Assembly: GCA_043814095.1 (NCBI GenBank)
Contig: JBDRKI010000123.1
Coordinates: forward strand, 1-30,858
Direction of reading: 5' to 3'
Origin: Armatimonadota bacterium
Lineage (GTDB): Bacteria > Vulcanimicrobiota > JACPDS01 > JBDRKI01
Length of the DNA: 30,858 nt
This document shows, in pieces, positions 1 to 8,962 of this stretch. The notes below the pieces were generated by a model. It was not told the origin of the DNA. It ran no database searches and was given only the letters and a program-made list of their open reading frames with translations. A program made the position numbers and the translations under genes. Positions within the stretch are counted from its first letter, which is position 1. Every line of letters begins with the position of its first letter.

Positions 1-20
1 GACATTGACAAAATAAATAA

Positions 21-58
21 AAAAGGGGTTGTCCTTGGAAAAAAGAACAACCCCTTTT
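21..58. terminator. Intrinsic terminator, probably bidirectional, downstream of the MFS gene
   Basis: AAAAGGGGTTGT (21-32) and ACAACCCCTTTT (47-58) form an inverted repeat with A/T tails, just past the stop at 71. Confidence 0.75.
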
Positions 59-70
59 ATCTTCTCTCAT

Positions 71-1600
71 TTATGTTCTCCCGGGGATTTTTTCGAGATT
101 ATTTATATTCTGTTTTTTTATCTCTTCCAACTGACTGGTTATATCCGCAGGTTTCTTTTTTCTCATGGCGTCGGGAATCGCATGCCATATTTTTATTGCA
201 AGGAAAAAACCTATCAGCGTAAACGGCAGCAGGAACCAGGGCCAGTAATTCCAGTTCATTGTTGTAAGCTTGCCCAGCGCTATAGACTGGAATCCCGTGC
301 CGAGGTATACAAACCCGTCAATTACGCCTACCGCGGTGGCTGCGCCCTTCCTTCCTCCGAAATCCATTGTTGCCGTTCCTGAAAGAAGCCCGTGCACGCC
401 TATTACGCAGAGGGATATAAATACCATTAGGCCGCCGAGTATGTACTGGTTTTTATAAAGCGCGAAAGCCATATACAGTACCGCGGCAAACATTGAAAAA
501 TACATAAACGCGGCAGAGGGACCTCTGCGCGAATGGAATAGTTTATCAGACACTATTCCCGCTATAAATCCTCCCGATATGCCGGCAAGGCATAAGAGCA
601 TTCCCCAGTGGTCTTTAAACCATAATGCGGCCGTTCCAATCACGGCTTTGTTTTCTGCGGCAAATATGAAATACCAGTGCATAATACCGTTTCTGATAAC
701 ACCGGAGCAGAATTCTATGGCGCATATTGTTAAAATTATGGGATTTGTTAAAATCTTTTTAAAAATCTGCAAGGTGGAGAATTTCTGATCCATCTCGCCC
801 GAAGAGGCGTCGAGAGTGTCAAAATCTTTTAATCCGGCTTCGGACGGAGTATCTTTAATGAGCAGGAGGTTTATGATTATAAAGGCTGCGAGCAGTAATG
901 CCGGTATGTAAAATACATACCAGATCTGGTTTACGGGCCCCGCAGCCGCTCCGGTTAAGCCGCGCAGGAAGTTCTGTATAGGATCAAGATATGTGCCCGG
1001 TTTAAGGTTAACGCTTACCGCTTTTACGATCGCTCCGCCCCAGTCAAAGGCAAAATATATGCCGAGGGATATCAGAGTGCCGAATATACCGCTGAATATC
1101 CCTCTTTCGCGAACGTGGAACCACGGCGCGTTAACTTTTACGATTGATACCGCCCCGTAGCTCTGGAAATACATATTTACGCCGTATAATATGCAGAAAA
1201 GTTGTGTTAAATTAAGGCGCAGTCCCGAGTAAAGTATCTTATATATAACAAATCCCATCGCAATATTCGCAACAGTTGCCCCTGTCATGCCTATTATCAT
1301 TCCTTTTTTTCCGCCTATCCTGTCAACAAGCGGCCCGTTAATTAAAAATGAAAATCCGTATACAAGCGCGCCTACTCCGAAAATTAAGCCGAAATCTTCT
1401 TTTGTCATTAAATTGCCCAGGGCTGTCTTTGATACGGTGAGGTTATAGCGCGCCATATAAAGGAAGGCGTAGGAAAGCCCCAAGGGAAACCAGTTTAAAA
1501 ATCGCCTCCATATAAACTTTTTATCGTGCCCTGCGGGGTTATTTTTAAAGTAAATAAGAATAGCGATAGAAAGCAGGATTAGCATAATAATGTTGTCCAT
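71..1600 (-). CDS. MFS transporter, organophosphate:Pi antiporter (GlpT/UhpC-like) family
   Basis: About 12-13 hydrophobic segments. Motifs YAFLYMARYN, GPLVDRIGGK, WFHVRERG, GIVSDKLFHSRR and ATAVGVIDGFVYLG are typical of this family. Confidence 0.85.
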   Translation of the reverse strand: MDNIIMLILLSIAILIYFKNNPAGHDKKFIWRRFLNWFPLGLSYAFLYMARYNLTVSKTALGNLMTKEDFGLIFGVGALVYGFSFLINGPLVDRIGGKKGMIIGMTGATVANIAMGFVIYKILYSGLRLNLTQLFCILYGVNMYFQSYGAVSIVKVNAPWFHVRERGIFSGIFGTLISLGIYFAFDWGGAIVKAVSVNLKPGTYLDPIQNFLRGLTGAAAGPVNQIWYVFYIPALLLAAFIIINLLLIKDTPSEAGLKDFDTLDASSGEMDQKFSTLQIFKKILTNPIILTICAIEFCSGVIRNGIMHWYFIFAAENKAVIGTAALWFKDHWGMLLCLAGISGGFIAGIVSDKLFHSRRGPSAAFMYFSMFAAVLYMAFALYKNQYILGGLMVFISLCVIGVHGLLSGTATMDFGGRKGAATAVGVIDGFVYLGTGFQSIALGKLTTMNWNYWPWFLLPFTLIGFFLAIKIWHAIPDAMRKKKPADITSQLEEIKKQNINNLEKIPGRT

Positions 1601-1791
1601 ACGGCCAGCCTCCCTTGATAAATTAGACGGCTTATTATTTCAAAATCACCTAAGGTTTCAATACAGGTTTCGTAGCGGCAATACTATATCCTTTTTTGTG
1701 AAAAAATCACAATAAGGATAAATTCACGGAGTATTTACCATGCAGACAAAAACATAATAAATGCTTATTTATAAGGATATTTAAGGGGCAC

Positions 1792-1819
1792 TTGTAAAAT
1801 AAAATAAAAGAGCTATAAT
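1792..1819 (+). promoter_or_regulatory. Putative sigma70 promoter of the USP-APC operon
   Basis: TTGTAA (1792-1797), 16-nt spacer, TATAAT (1814-1819). Confidence 0.5.
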
Positions 1820-1876
1820 ATAGTATTATTTGAGTTTAAAGGGCACGGTATATATTTATAGAAAGGTTTACCTATT

Positions 1877-2311
1877 ATGAAAAAGATTTTAGTTGCGGTT
1901 GACGGAACTGGCTTTTCCGACGATGTTGTTAAGACAGCATCAAAGCTTGCAAAACTAGAAAAAGCCAAGCTTTTTATAGTGTATGTTTTTGAAGTTCCCC
2001 AGGCGCTTCCCCTGGATGCCGAAGTTCCGGAAGAATCGGAAAAAGCCGATAAAGTTTTAAATCATGCCGCGGAGATAGCCGAGGAATTCGGGCTGGATGT
2101 GGAAATAGATATGATTCACGCAAGAACCATAGGACCCGGAATAGTAGATGAAGCAAAAGACCTGGATATTGATATGATTATGATAGGCATGAGCCATAAA
2201 CCCAGGTTCGGGGAAATCTTTTTCGGCAGTACCGTAAACTATGTTTTAAAAAATTCAACCATACCCGTTTTACTTTTAAAAGAAACCCCGGGTGATACAA
2301 AGCATGTTTGA
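1877..2311 (+). CDS. Universal stress protein (UspA family)
   Basis: N-terminal KKILVAVDG, central DMIMIG, C-terminal FGSTVNYVLKNSTIPVLL; 144 aa. Confidence 0.93.
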   Translation: MKKILVAVDGTGFSDDVVKTASKLAKLEKAKLFIVYVFEVPQALPLDAEVPEESEKADKVLNHAAEIAEEFGLDVEIDMIHARTIGPGIVDEAKDLDIDMIMIGMSHKPRFGEIFFGSTVNYVLKNSTIPVLLLKETPGDTKHV

Positions 2312-3821
2312 TTCAAAAGATGAAACAAAACCGGTACAGATAAAATCAAGACTTCCCGGCGATAAAATATTAAGAATAAAAAAACCAAGAATAATTTCAT
2401 TAAAACGCGCCATGGGTGTTTTGGGCATATTCAGCACCGCTTACGGGAACCTGGGTTCTTCCATTTATTACGCTCTGGGCGTTACCGCTATGTATGCTCT
2501 GGGCGCAACCCCTATTGTTTTCGCCCTTGCGGGTTTGTTGTTTATATGCACGGCAATGACTTATGCCGAGGGCACGGCCGCTATACCTGAAGCGGGCGGG
2601 TCATCCAGTTTTGCAAGAAAGGCCTTCAATGAACTTGTAAGTTTTTTCGCGGCATGGTGCCTGATTCTTGGATATATAGTTACGATATCCATCTCTGCTT
2701 TTACGGCAGTGGGATATCTTGCCTCCGCTTTTTCAAAATTTAATTATGTGGGTCCGCTTTTTACGCTTCTTAAAACATTCCCCGGAAATATTTACGCGAC
2801 AGCGGTTATTCTTGTTTTTCTTATGGTTTTAAATGTGCGGGGCATTAAAGAATCTGCTTTTTTTAATGTATTCTGGGCAGTTATAGATGTAGTCACACAG
2901 GTATTTCTGCTTGTGCTCGGAGTATTGTTTTTATTTAATCTCCCGACCCTTATAAATCAGATTCACTGGGGAGTAGCCCCTACATGGAAAAACCTTCTTA
3001 TCAGTTTTTCCGTGGTTATGGTTTCTTTTACCGGGATTGAGACAATTTCAAACATGGCAGAAGAAGCAAAAGACCCGGAGAAGACTATCCCGAAATCCAT
3101 CTGGTGGACTGTGACGGTGGCTATATTTATGTTTTTAGGGCTTGCTTCAATAGGACTCTCCTGCATGCCCGTAAAACTTGTAAACGGAGAGTATACGACA
3201 ATATTGGTAACACAGTATATTAACGATCCTGTAGCGGGCATAGCAGCCCATCTCCCGATATTGAGGGATTTTATGCACGCGTGGGTCGGCATACTTGCGG
3301 CAACCATATTGATTATAGCGACCAATGCTGGCATACTGGGTATCTCAAGGCTCTGTTTTTCAATGGGTTCGCACAACCAGATACCGCCTATACTGGGCAA
3401 GCTTCATAAAAGATATAAGACTCCTTATGTGGCGATAATTCTTTTCACGATAATAGCCATATTTATCATAATACCGGCCGATTTAACCAAGCTTGCGGAC
3501 GCGTATGTTTTCGGGACTATGCTTTCTTATACCATTGCCCACGCTTCTATTATCGCGTTAAGGATTAAATTCCCGGACATGAAGCGTCCTTACAAGATGC
3601 CTTTTAATATAAAGATAAAGGGTAAGGACATACCAATACTTCCGATAATAGGCGGTATATGGACTCTGGCTGTCTGGTTTGTGGTCACGGTAACTAATTA
3701 TTACGGACGCCTGGTGGGCATACCGTTTCTTATAGCGGGCTTTATTCTGTATATAGCGTACAGAAAATCCCAGAACTTAAGTCTTACGCAGACTGTAACA
3801 AAAAAACAGGGTAGGGCATGA
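2304..3821 (+). CDS. APC-superfamily amino acid/cation permease
   Basis: TM1 GNLGSSIYY, PEAGGS, FTGIETISNMAEEAKDP, LHKRYKTPYVAI, RPYKMP. ATG 2304 (SD-like GGGTGA, overlaps the USP stop) is preferred over GTG 2292. Confidence 0.9.
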   Translation: MFDSKDETKPVQIKSRLPGDKILRIKKPRIISLKRAMGVLGIFSTAYGNLGSSIYYALGVTAMYALGATPIVFALAGLLFICTAMTYAEGTAAIPEAGGSSSFARKAFNELVSFFAAWCLILGYIVTISISAFTAVGYLASAFSKFNYVGPLFTLLKTFPGNIYATAVILVFLMVLNVRGIKESAFFNVFWAVIDVVTQVFLLVLGVLFLFNLPTLINQIHWGVAPTWKNLLISFSVVMVSFTGIETISNMAEEAKDPEKTIPKSIWWTVTVAIFMFLGLASIGLSCMPVKLVNGEYTTILVTQYINDPVAGIAAHLPILRDFMHAWVGILAATILIIATNAGILGISRLCFSMGSHNQIPPILGKLHKRYKTPYVAIILFTIIAIFIIIPADLTKLADAYVFGTMLSYTIAHASIIALRIKFPDMKRPYKMPFNIKIKGKDIPILPIIGGIWTLAVWFVVTVTNYYGRLVGIPFLIAGFILYIAYRKSQNLSLTQTVTKKQGRA

Positions 3822-4450
3822 AAAATAAGATTTTAATATTTCTTTTCTGTTTAAGCATAGTTTTACTGTCTTCTTTATATGCTCAAAACAACTCAATAAA
3901 GCAGGATTATTATCCCCTTAATACCGGCAGCTGGTGGAGTTATAAAGTTGTAGAGACAGGGGAAGAGTTCCTGATAAAAGTTACGGATGTAAAAAAGTTT
4001 AACGGGATAGACTGTTACAGGGTAGTAACCGAGATTGGCGGAAAACCCGTACTGGCTGATTATATTCTTAAAACACCCGAAGGTGTTTTTCAGATAGGAT
4101 CCTCATATTTTAAAAATAATAAAGAGATAACGTCAATTATCTATAATCCATATAAAAAGATTCTACATGTTCCTTTAAGAATAGAGGATACATGGTTTTA
4201 CACGGGCAAAGAAACCGATGCGGCTCATTCTGTCCAGACGCGCAAAGCCATTAAAGTTGAAGAGGTTAAGGCTCCTGCCGGCACCTTTGAAACCGTAAGG
4301 GTTAATATAAGCACTGTTAATGACGGTGATGCCGAAAAAATATCAAATAAGGTATCGTGGTATGCCGAAGGCGTAGGCACCGTAAAAGCTTTGGCAAGGA
4401 CGCTGCAGGGCCCTAGAAATATAGTTCTTACAAAATATTTCATAAAGTAA
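3818..4450 (+). CDS. Secreted beta-rich protein (DUF3108/TapB-like pattern)
   Basis: Signal peptide, then YYPLNTGSWWSY, VKAPAGTF and WYAEGVGTVK. Start overlaps the APC stop (ATGA). Confidence 0.65.
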   Translation: MKNKILIFLFCLSIVLLSSLYAQNNSIKQDYYPLNTGSWWSYKVVETGEEFLIKVTDVKKFNGIDCYRVVTEIGGKPVLADYILKTPEGVFQIGSSYFKNNKEITSIIYNPYKKILHVPLRIEDTWFYTGKETDAAHSVQTRKAIKVEEVKAPAGTFETVRVNISTVNDGDAEKISNKVSWYAEGVGTVKALARTLQGPRNIVLTKYFIK

Positions 4451-4485
4451 AAGACATCCGCAAGAATGTGGATGTCTTTTACTTT
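4444..4485. terminator. Bidirectional intrinsic terminator between convergent genes
   Basis: AAAGTAAAAGACATCCGCA-AGAA-TGTGGATGTCTTTTACTTT, a long near-perfect stem. Confidence 0.85.
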
Positions 4486-4507
4486 TAATCCGAATCTTTA
4501 ATTATTG

Positions 4508-6385
4508 TTATATCTTTGTTTTTACAACCTTATTATTTTCTACCGAGAATTTATTTTTTTCTATGATCTTGCCCGTTTTTCTGTCTACCTTTGTTGCTAT
4601 TAACTTTTCATTGTCCGCGGTTATCTCAAGAGCAACGGTATCTGACAGGAGCAGTGTTCCCATTTTGGCGTTATACGCTTCGTAAAGAGCCTTGTATTCA
4701 TAGTAGTCTTTTTGATGTTCGGCGGGGTTATTAACAGAATTCTGGTAGTACTCGCTCCATTTTTTGTTAGATGCTTCAATTGTCGCGTCTTCTTTTAATG
4801 TGCGCGCCCAGTTCTTTTTATAATAGCTGTCATATCTTATGACCATCGCGGTTTCTTTCTCAGATTTTGCATCTTTCTCTGTAAGCGTGTATTTATACTT
4901 ATCGCCTTCTGAGAGATATTCTGTTTTTTCAAGAACCTCATTGCGATTATTAATCTTGGTGGCAACAAGCACGTTTTCTTCCATCTCCAGCCTTATTTCC
5001 GCTTTTTCTTTGGGCATGTCTATTGTATATACACCAAAATCAAAAGCATCTTTTAAGGTAATATATTTAGCGAATATTTTCTGTTCGGCTGTTTTCTCGT
5101 TCCCGGCTTTAGCAAGGGATCTTCTGTAATACGCGCTCATCCTCTCTGCTTTTTCAGCTTCTTTTCTCTCTTCTTCAAGTTCTCCTATGCCTTCATCATT
5201 GGGAACATCATACCATTCGCCTTTTATTTTCTGTACTATTATAGTGTGTTCTTCGCCCGTGGGCAGGCCTGTATCGGGGTCTATTTCTTTGTCTACGGCA
5301 TATGTAATGCCTGTTACCTCATCGGGATCATCAGAATCAAGTATTGTGTATCTGTCGCCCGCATTTTCTCCTACTTCAAAATACCCTTCGTTAGAAGCAG
5401 GCTTCTCTTCTGCTTTGGTTTCAGGCGTAAATAACTTTTCTTTTGCTCCTGCAACGGTTGGAGTTTCTTCTTTTTCTTTTGTGCCTGTTTGTTCGTTGTA
5501 CAGTTTTTCAAGCTCTTTATTGCTTACAGGCGCTGTTTCGTAGGTTATGATCTCATTTTTAGCTTTATTAAATCTGACTTTAGTTAAACTGTATTTATTG
5601 CCTACTTTCCCCAAATCATATCTTATATAATAATTGTCGAAACTGGTATCCCAGCTGCATGAAGAATTATTTGATATCTTTCCCGCACGGGATAAGAATT
5701 CGTTGACCACCGCTTTTATTTCTTTAGAGTTTGACAATTTTTTTGAAACGGCTTTAAGTTCTGTTTTTACCTCTTCTATTCCGTCATCAATATCTTTGTC
5801 ATAAGCATCAGGCACATTGGCAGGAGATACCGGATCAGAATAAAGAGAAATACACTGCTCTTTCATTTCCCTGTAGAAGTTTATGTTCTGTCTTGTCTCT
5901 TCCAGTGCCCCTGTTTTTTCATTTACATCTTTCTGCATGAATATTCTAATCATTTCTTTGACTTTAGCTTTGCTTATAAATTTGCCGTTGATATAGAAAT
6001 TATCCTTAATCGTAAGGCCTGTCGGAATATAATTTTTATAAACTTTATCATTGAGAAGCTTATTGAAATGAGTTTGTCCTTCCGCTACATTTATGGCTTT
6101 ACCTATCTGTTTTGCGGTATAGATTCCCTTATTAAGATGTATTATTTCCAGGTTTAATTTGCTTTCTTTGTCCATTGCCTGTTTGAGCAGTTTGTCATAT
6201 CTGGCATGCTGCTCTATTGCTAGCTGTCTTTTTTCTTCCAATGTAGAACCTCTATTTACCAGGCCGGCTAGTTCGTCTTTTCTCTGTTTTATATAGTCTT
6301 TAGGAAAATTATAGGCCAGACCGTCCCCTGTTTTTCCCAGAGAAGTATTTCTTGATATTCTTCCGATATTATCAGGATTTATCAT
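4508..6385 (-). CDS. Hypothetical 625-aa protein with N-terminal coiled coil, acidic linker and duplicated C-terminal module
   Basis: Long open frame with GAGGGG SD; no recognised family. Internal similarity between NVLVATKINNRNEVLEK and EKLIATKVDRKTGKIIEK. Confidence 0.8.
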   Translation of the reverse strand: MINPDNIGRISRNTSLGKTGDGLAYNFPKDYIKQRKDELAGLVNRGSTLEEKRQLAIEQHARYDKLLKQAMDKESKLNLEIIHLNKGIYTAKQIGKAINVAEGQTHFNKLLNDKVYKNYIPTGLTIKDNFYINGKFISKAKVKEMIRIFMQKDVNEKTGALEETRQNINFYREMKEQCISLYSDPVSPANVPDAYDKDIDDGIEEVKTELKAVSKKLSNSKEIKAVVNEFLSRAGKISNNSSCSWDTSFDNYYIRYDLGKVGNKYSLTKVRFNKAKNEIITYETAPVSNKELEKLYNEQTGTKEKEETPTVAGAKEKLFTPETKAEEKPASNEGYFEVGENAGDRYTILDSDDPDEVTGITYAVDKEIDPDTGLPTGEEHTIIVQKIKGEWYDVPNDEGIGELEEERKEAEKAERMSAYYRRSLAKAGNEKTAEQKIFAKYITLKDAFDFGVYTIDMPKEKAEIRLEMEENVLVATKINNRNEVLEKTEYLSEGDKYKYTLTEKDAKSEKETAMVIRYDSYYKKNWARTLKEDATIEASNKKWSEYYQNSVNNPAEHQKDYYEYKALYEAYNAKMGTLLLSDTVALEITADNEKLIATKVDRKTGKIIEKNKFSVENNKVVKTKI

Positions 6386-6460
6386 TTTGCATCCCCTCGC
6401 TTTTTTAAATAAAAGGATTATAAAGCCCTAAGGCTTTCTTTACTTATATTATAATTTATT

Positions 6461-6502
6461 AATGTTACAAAATTGTTGCTAAATTGTTACAAAATTGTTA
6501 AC
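6461..6502. repeat. Four 11-bp-period direct repeats (TGTTAC/TGTTGC/TGTTAC/TGTTAA), probable regulator binding site
   Basis: Hexamers start at 6463, 6474, 6485 and 6496, upstream of a minus-strand TATAAT at 6448-6453. Confidence 0.7.
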
Positions 6503-6520
6503 TTTTTAAAGGTTCAAGTC

Positions 6521-6898
6521 CTAAAAATCTAGATTTTCCTCGATTTCACAGCAATAAATCAAAGCTTTTTCATAAATATATATTTTTCTTTCACATTCTA
6601 CAAGCTCTGTTTCTTTGGGGGCTGTTTTGTTTTTATCCATATCCGGTCTGGTATAAAGACATCTTATCCGGTCCTGGAGCATTTTCTGTTTTTTCTCTTC
6701 CAAGATTTTTTTGTAGAAAATCTTGTTATATAAATTTTTTATTTCATAAGTTTTTTCTTCTCTTCCGGGCTTTATCTTTATACGGGCGTATATCATCTCT
6801 TTATAGCTCTGTTCGGTAGTATGGGCGTAAACATTTAAATCAAAACTTATCTTTTGAATGCTGTTTCCTTTTATGTAGTTAACAGGATCAGGTATCAT
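6521..6898 (-). CDS. Hypothetical protein, helical paralog family A
   Basis: 125 aa, GAGG SD, C-terminal KIYIYEKALIYCCEIEENL. Confidence 0.7.
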   Translation of the reverse strand: MIPDPVNYIKGNSIQKISFDLNVYAHTTEQSYKEMIYARIKIKPGREEKTYEIKNLYNKIFYKKILEEKKQKMLQDRIRCLYTRPDMDKNKTAPKETELVECERKIYIYEKALIYCCEIEENLDF

Positions 6899-6940
6899 AT
6901 CTTGCCTCTTTTAAAGCAATGTAGCTGTATTTCTAATTAT

Positions 6941-6989
6941 ATTGTACGATATTCTATAGATAGCGAATATCAGTCAAAAGGAGTATTTT
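6941..6989 (-). promoter_or_regulatory. Shared promoter module, copy 1
   Basis: 24-bp motif at 6966-6989, 19 nt upstream of TACAAT (6941-6946, minus strand). Confidence 0.7.
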
Positions 6990-7043
6990 ATTAAGTTTTT
7001 TCTAAAACATGGAAAAAAACTTAAAGAATGTATATATATAAAG

Positions 7044-7089
7044 AAAAATACGGAATAGAATGTTTTTTAATACTGTATTCCGTATTTTT
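7044..7089. terminator. Intrinsic terminator after the 124-aa gene
   Basis: AAAAATACGGAATA (7044-7057) and TATTCCGTATTTTT (7076-7089), a 14-bp inverted repeat. Confidence 0.7.
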
Positions 7090-7111
7090 ATGTATAAATC
7101 AGTTTTTTTCT

Positions 7112-7486
7112 TTATTTATAAAGATTCATATGTATATGCATACACATATTCTCGGCGTCAATGTATACATTTATCTTGTTCAGCCAGTCTAAACGGTCCA
7201 GTTCGTCAGAGCACTTGCCTGCTTCCGATTTAGACATCTTCATCAGCTTCCTTAAAACCTTCATGGTTTTATTAAGCATCTCTTCCAGGGTAAGATTATG
7301 TTCTTCGGCAAGTTTATCCATAAGAAGAGCCATTCTGTCGTTATACGCTTCAAATTTGGGTAGCTTGTTTTTCAGCTGAAGCTTTTTCTCCAGGATCTGC
7401 ATAACTTTTTTCTCGTGAGGCATGCTCTTTTCTCTGGATACATCTATTGTAGATGGACTGCGCAGGAACATTATGTAGTTCTTCAT
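7112..7486 (-). CDS. Hypothetical protein, helical paralog family A
   Basis: 124 aa, AAGGAGG SD, C-terminal KINVYIDAENMCMHIHMNL. Confidence 0.75.
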   Translation of the reverse strand: MKNYIMFLRSPSTIDVSREKSMPHEKKVMQILEKKLQLKNKLPKFEAYNDRMALLMDKLAEEHNLTLEEMLNKTMKVLRKLMKMSKSEAGKCSDELDRLDWLNKINVYIDAENMCMHIHMNLYK

Positions 7487-7552
7487 GTATTACCGCCTCC
7501 TTTGCCGGGTAGCTGTCGTGACTATAAATGCGCTTAGTTTCTTTCTACTTTA

Positions 7553-7624
7553 ATTATAATGGGATAAGGAATAAAAAAATATCGGTCAAAAGGAGTATTT
7601 TGTATGGTCCGGAAGGAGTAAATT
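7553..7624 (-). promoter_or_regulatory. Shared promoter module, copy 2
   Basis: 24-bp motif at 7578-7601, 19 nt upstream of TATAAT (7553-7558). A degenerate second unit GGTCCGGAAGGAGTA starts at 7606. Confidence 0.7.
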
Positions 7625-7663
7625 TGAGAAATACAGAGATGTATTAATACAAGTTAAGCTAAG

Positions 7664-8188
7664 TTAAACCTCGGATACGAATGTTTTAATTATTCTGCTT
7701 ACTTCTATTCCCGTTTTATATAGGGTAATATTTTTTTCTGAGGATTCAACCTGTTTTTTAAGGTTTTTTATTGTTTTATAAGTTTTCTCTCTGTTGTCTT
7801 TTGTTTTTGATGTTCCTCTGTTTGCGGGGCCGAGGTTTGATTTTTGTTTAAATATGTCCAGAAGATCTTTTATCTCCCTTATAATTTCATGCTTTTCAAG
7901 TTTTTTCTGTATCTCCGTAAGTTTTTTATTCATCAAAACTTTTTTGCCGGCTTCATCTTCAATTCGGTTTTTTAATGTTTCTATCAAAGTGTTTAACATA
8001 TATACCTGGTCGCGAGCTTTAGAATAAGTCTTTTTAACAAAAAACTTATCGTGGATCCAGTTTATAAGGTGTTCTACGAAAGCTTTTTTGGTGGTATTAT
8101 GCCCGATATCGGCTATAGGGCTTTTTTTGCCGCCGGTGAATATCTCAGCCACATTATATTTTTGCAGGTTTATGTTTGATATACTCAT
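7664..8188 (-). CDS. Hypothetical coiled-coil protein, paralog family A
   Basis: 174 aa, AAGGAG SD, C-terminal NITLYKTGIEVSRII. Confidence 0.75.
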   Translation of the reverse strand: MSISNINLQKYNVAEIFTGGKKSPIADIGHNTTKKAFVEHLINWIHDKFFVKKTYSKARDQVYMLNTLIETLKNRIEDEAGKKVLMNKKLTEIQKKLEKHEIIREIKDLLDIFKQKSNLGPANRGTSKTKDNREKTYKTIKNLKKQVESSEKNITLYKTGIEVSRIIKTFVSEV

Positions 8189-8209
8189 AATTTACGCTCC
8201 TTGTATAAA

Positions 8210-8824
8210 TTAATCATTCTTACTTATCTGGCTCTCCATTGTACCCCATGTCGCAAGGTTGCCCCTTATATCTGTACATTCTTTTAATCCGGCATTCCAT
8301 ATGTTTATTTTTGCCTGGGATCCGCGCTGTTCTTCTTTTATCGCTATAAGATCTTTTTTGAGATTTTCTATTCTGGATTGTGCTATATCAATTTCTTTAT
8401 TTATATCTATATCTTTAAGTCCGGAAGAGCTTATTGAAGATGTTGAAGAAAGATCCCGGGGGCCCCCGAGAGTTTTTATCTTGTCTTCAAGATCTATTAT
8501 TTTGTTATTAATATCCTGCTCTTTTTTTCTTGATTTTACGAAATTAACTTGTTCGGCTTTTGATTTTACTTTTATAAGGCTCATCATATGCTCTATATAG
8601 GATATTTTTTTATCTTTTGTATCAAAGGTTTTTGATATATCATTTTTGGGATTAAATTTAAATTTAAAATGTTTTTTAACTTGATTTGCGAATGTTGACG
8701 GGGTTGTATCTTCGTTAAGTTGAAATGATAAGGAGCCGCTGTCTGAATCTGTTTTCCGGGGTTCTCTTGTTCTTGATTCCATGCGGTACATTCTAGCTTC
8801 ATGCGGATTTATTTCGTTACCCAT
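8210..8824 (-). CDS. Hypothetical coiled-coil protein, paralog family A
   Basis: Start moved to ATG 8824 (MGNEINP) behind a GGAGG SD. C-terminal KINIWNAGLKECTDIRGNL. Confidence 0.75.
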   Translation of the reverse strand: MGNEINPHEARMYRMESRTREPRKTDSDSGSLSFQLNEDTTPSTFANQVKKHFKFKFNPKNDISKTFDTKDKKISYIEHMMSLIKVKSKAEQVNFVKSRKKEQDINNKIIDLEDKIKTLGGPRDLSSTSSISSSGLKDIDINKEIDIAQSRIENLKKDLIAIKEEQRGSQAKINIWNAGLKECTDIRGNLATWGTMESQISKND

Positions 8825-8863
8825 AATTACCTCCAAAAGCTTTCTTTGAATCCCTCTAATATA

Positions 8864-8934
8864 ATTATAAGGCGGCAAAGGCGTAAAAAATATCGGTCAA
8901 AAGGAGTATTTTTATGGGTCAAAAGAACTATTTT
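8864..8934 (-). promoter_or_regulatory. Shared promoter module, copy 3
   Basis: 24-bp motif at 8889-8912, 19 nt upstream of TATAAT (8864-8869). A second unit GGTCAAAAGAACTATTTT at 8917 gives a 22-bp period. Confidence 0.7.
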
Positions 8935-8962
8935 CTCTTAAAAAGGGTAAAAACTAGAAGTA

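Noticed and set aside
6461-6502. CRISPR array or replication iterons
   Set aside because: The units are 11 bp with no spacers and no rep or cas gene; the position fits an operator.
7415-7422. Possible second target of the TnpB guide (GTGAGGC)
   Set aside because: Only 7 nt match and it is preceded by TCTC rather than TTAG. I found no TAM-plus-seed match in the window by eye.
8825-8878. Longer 222-aa start for the 8210 gene
   Set aside because: It would run through the -10 box; ATG 8824 has a strong SD.
6966-8912. 24-bp motif as a sigma28 promoter (CCGATAT) or as CRISPR repeats
   Set aside because: TAAA-to-CCGATA spacing does not fit N15 and one copy reads CTGATAT. The copies are 0.6-1.3 kb apart, and a constant downstream TATAAT favours an activator site.
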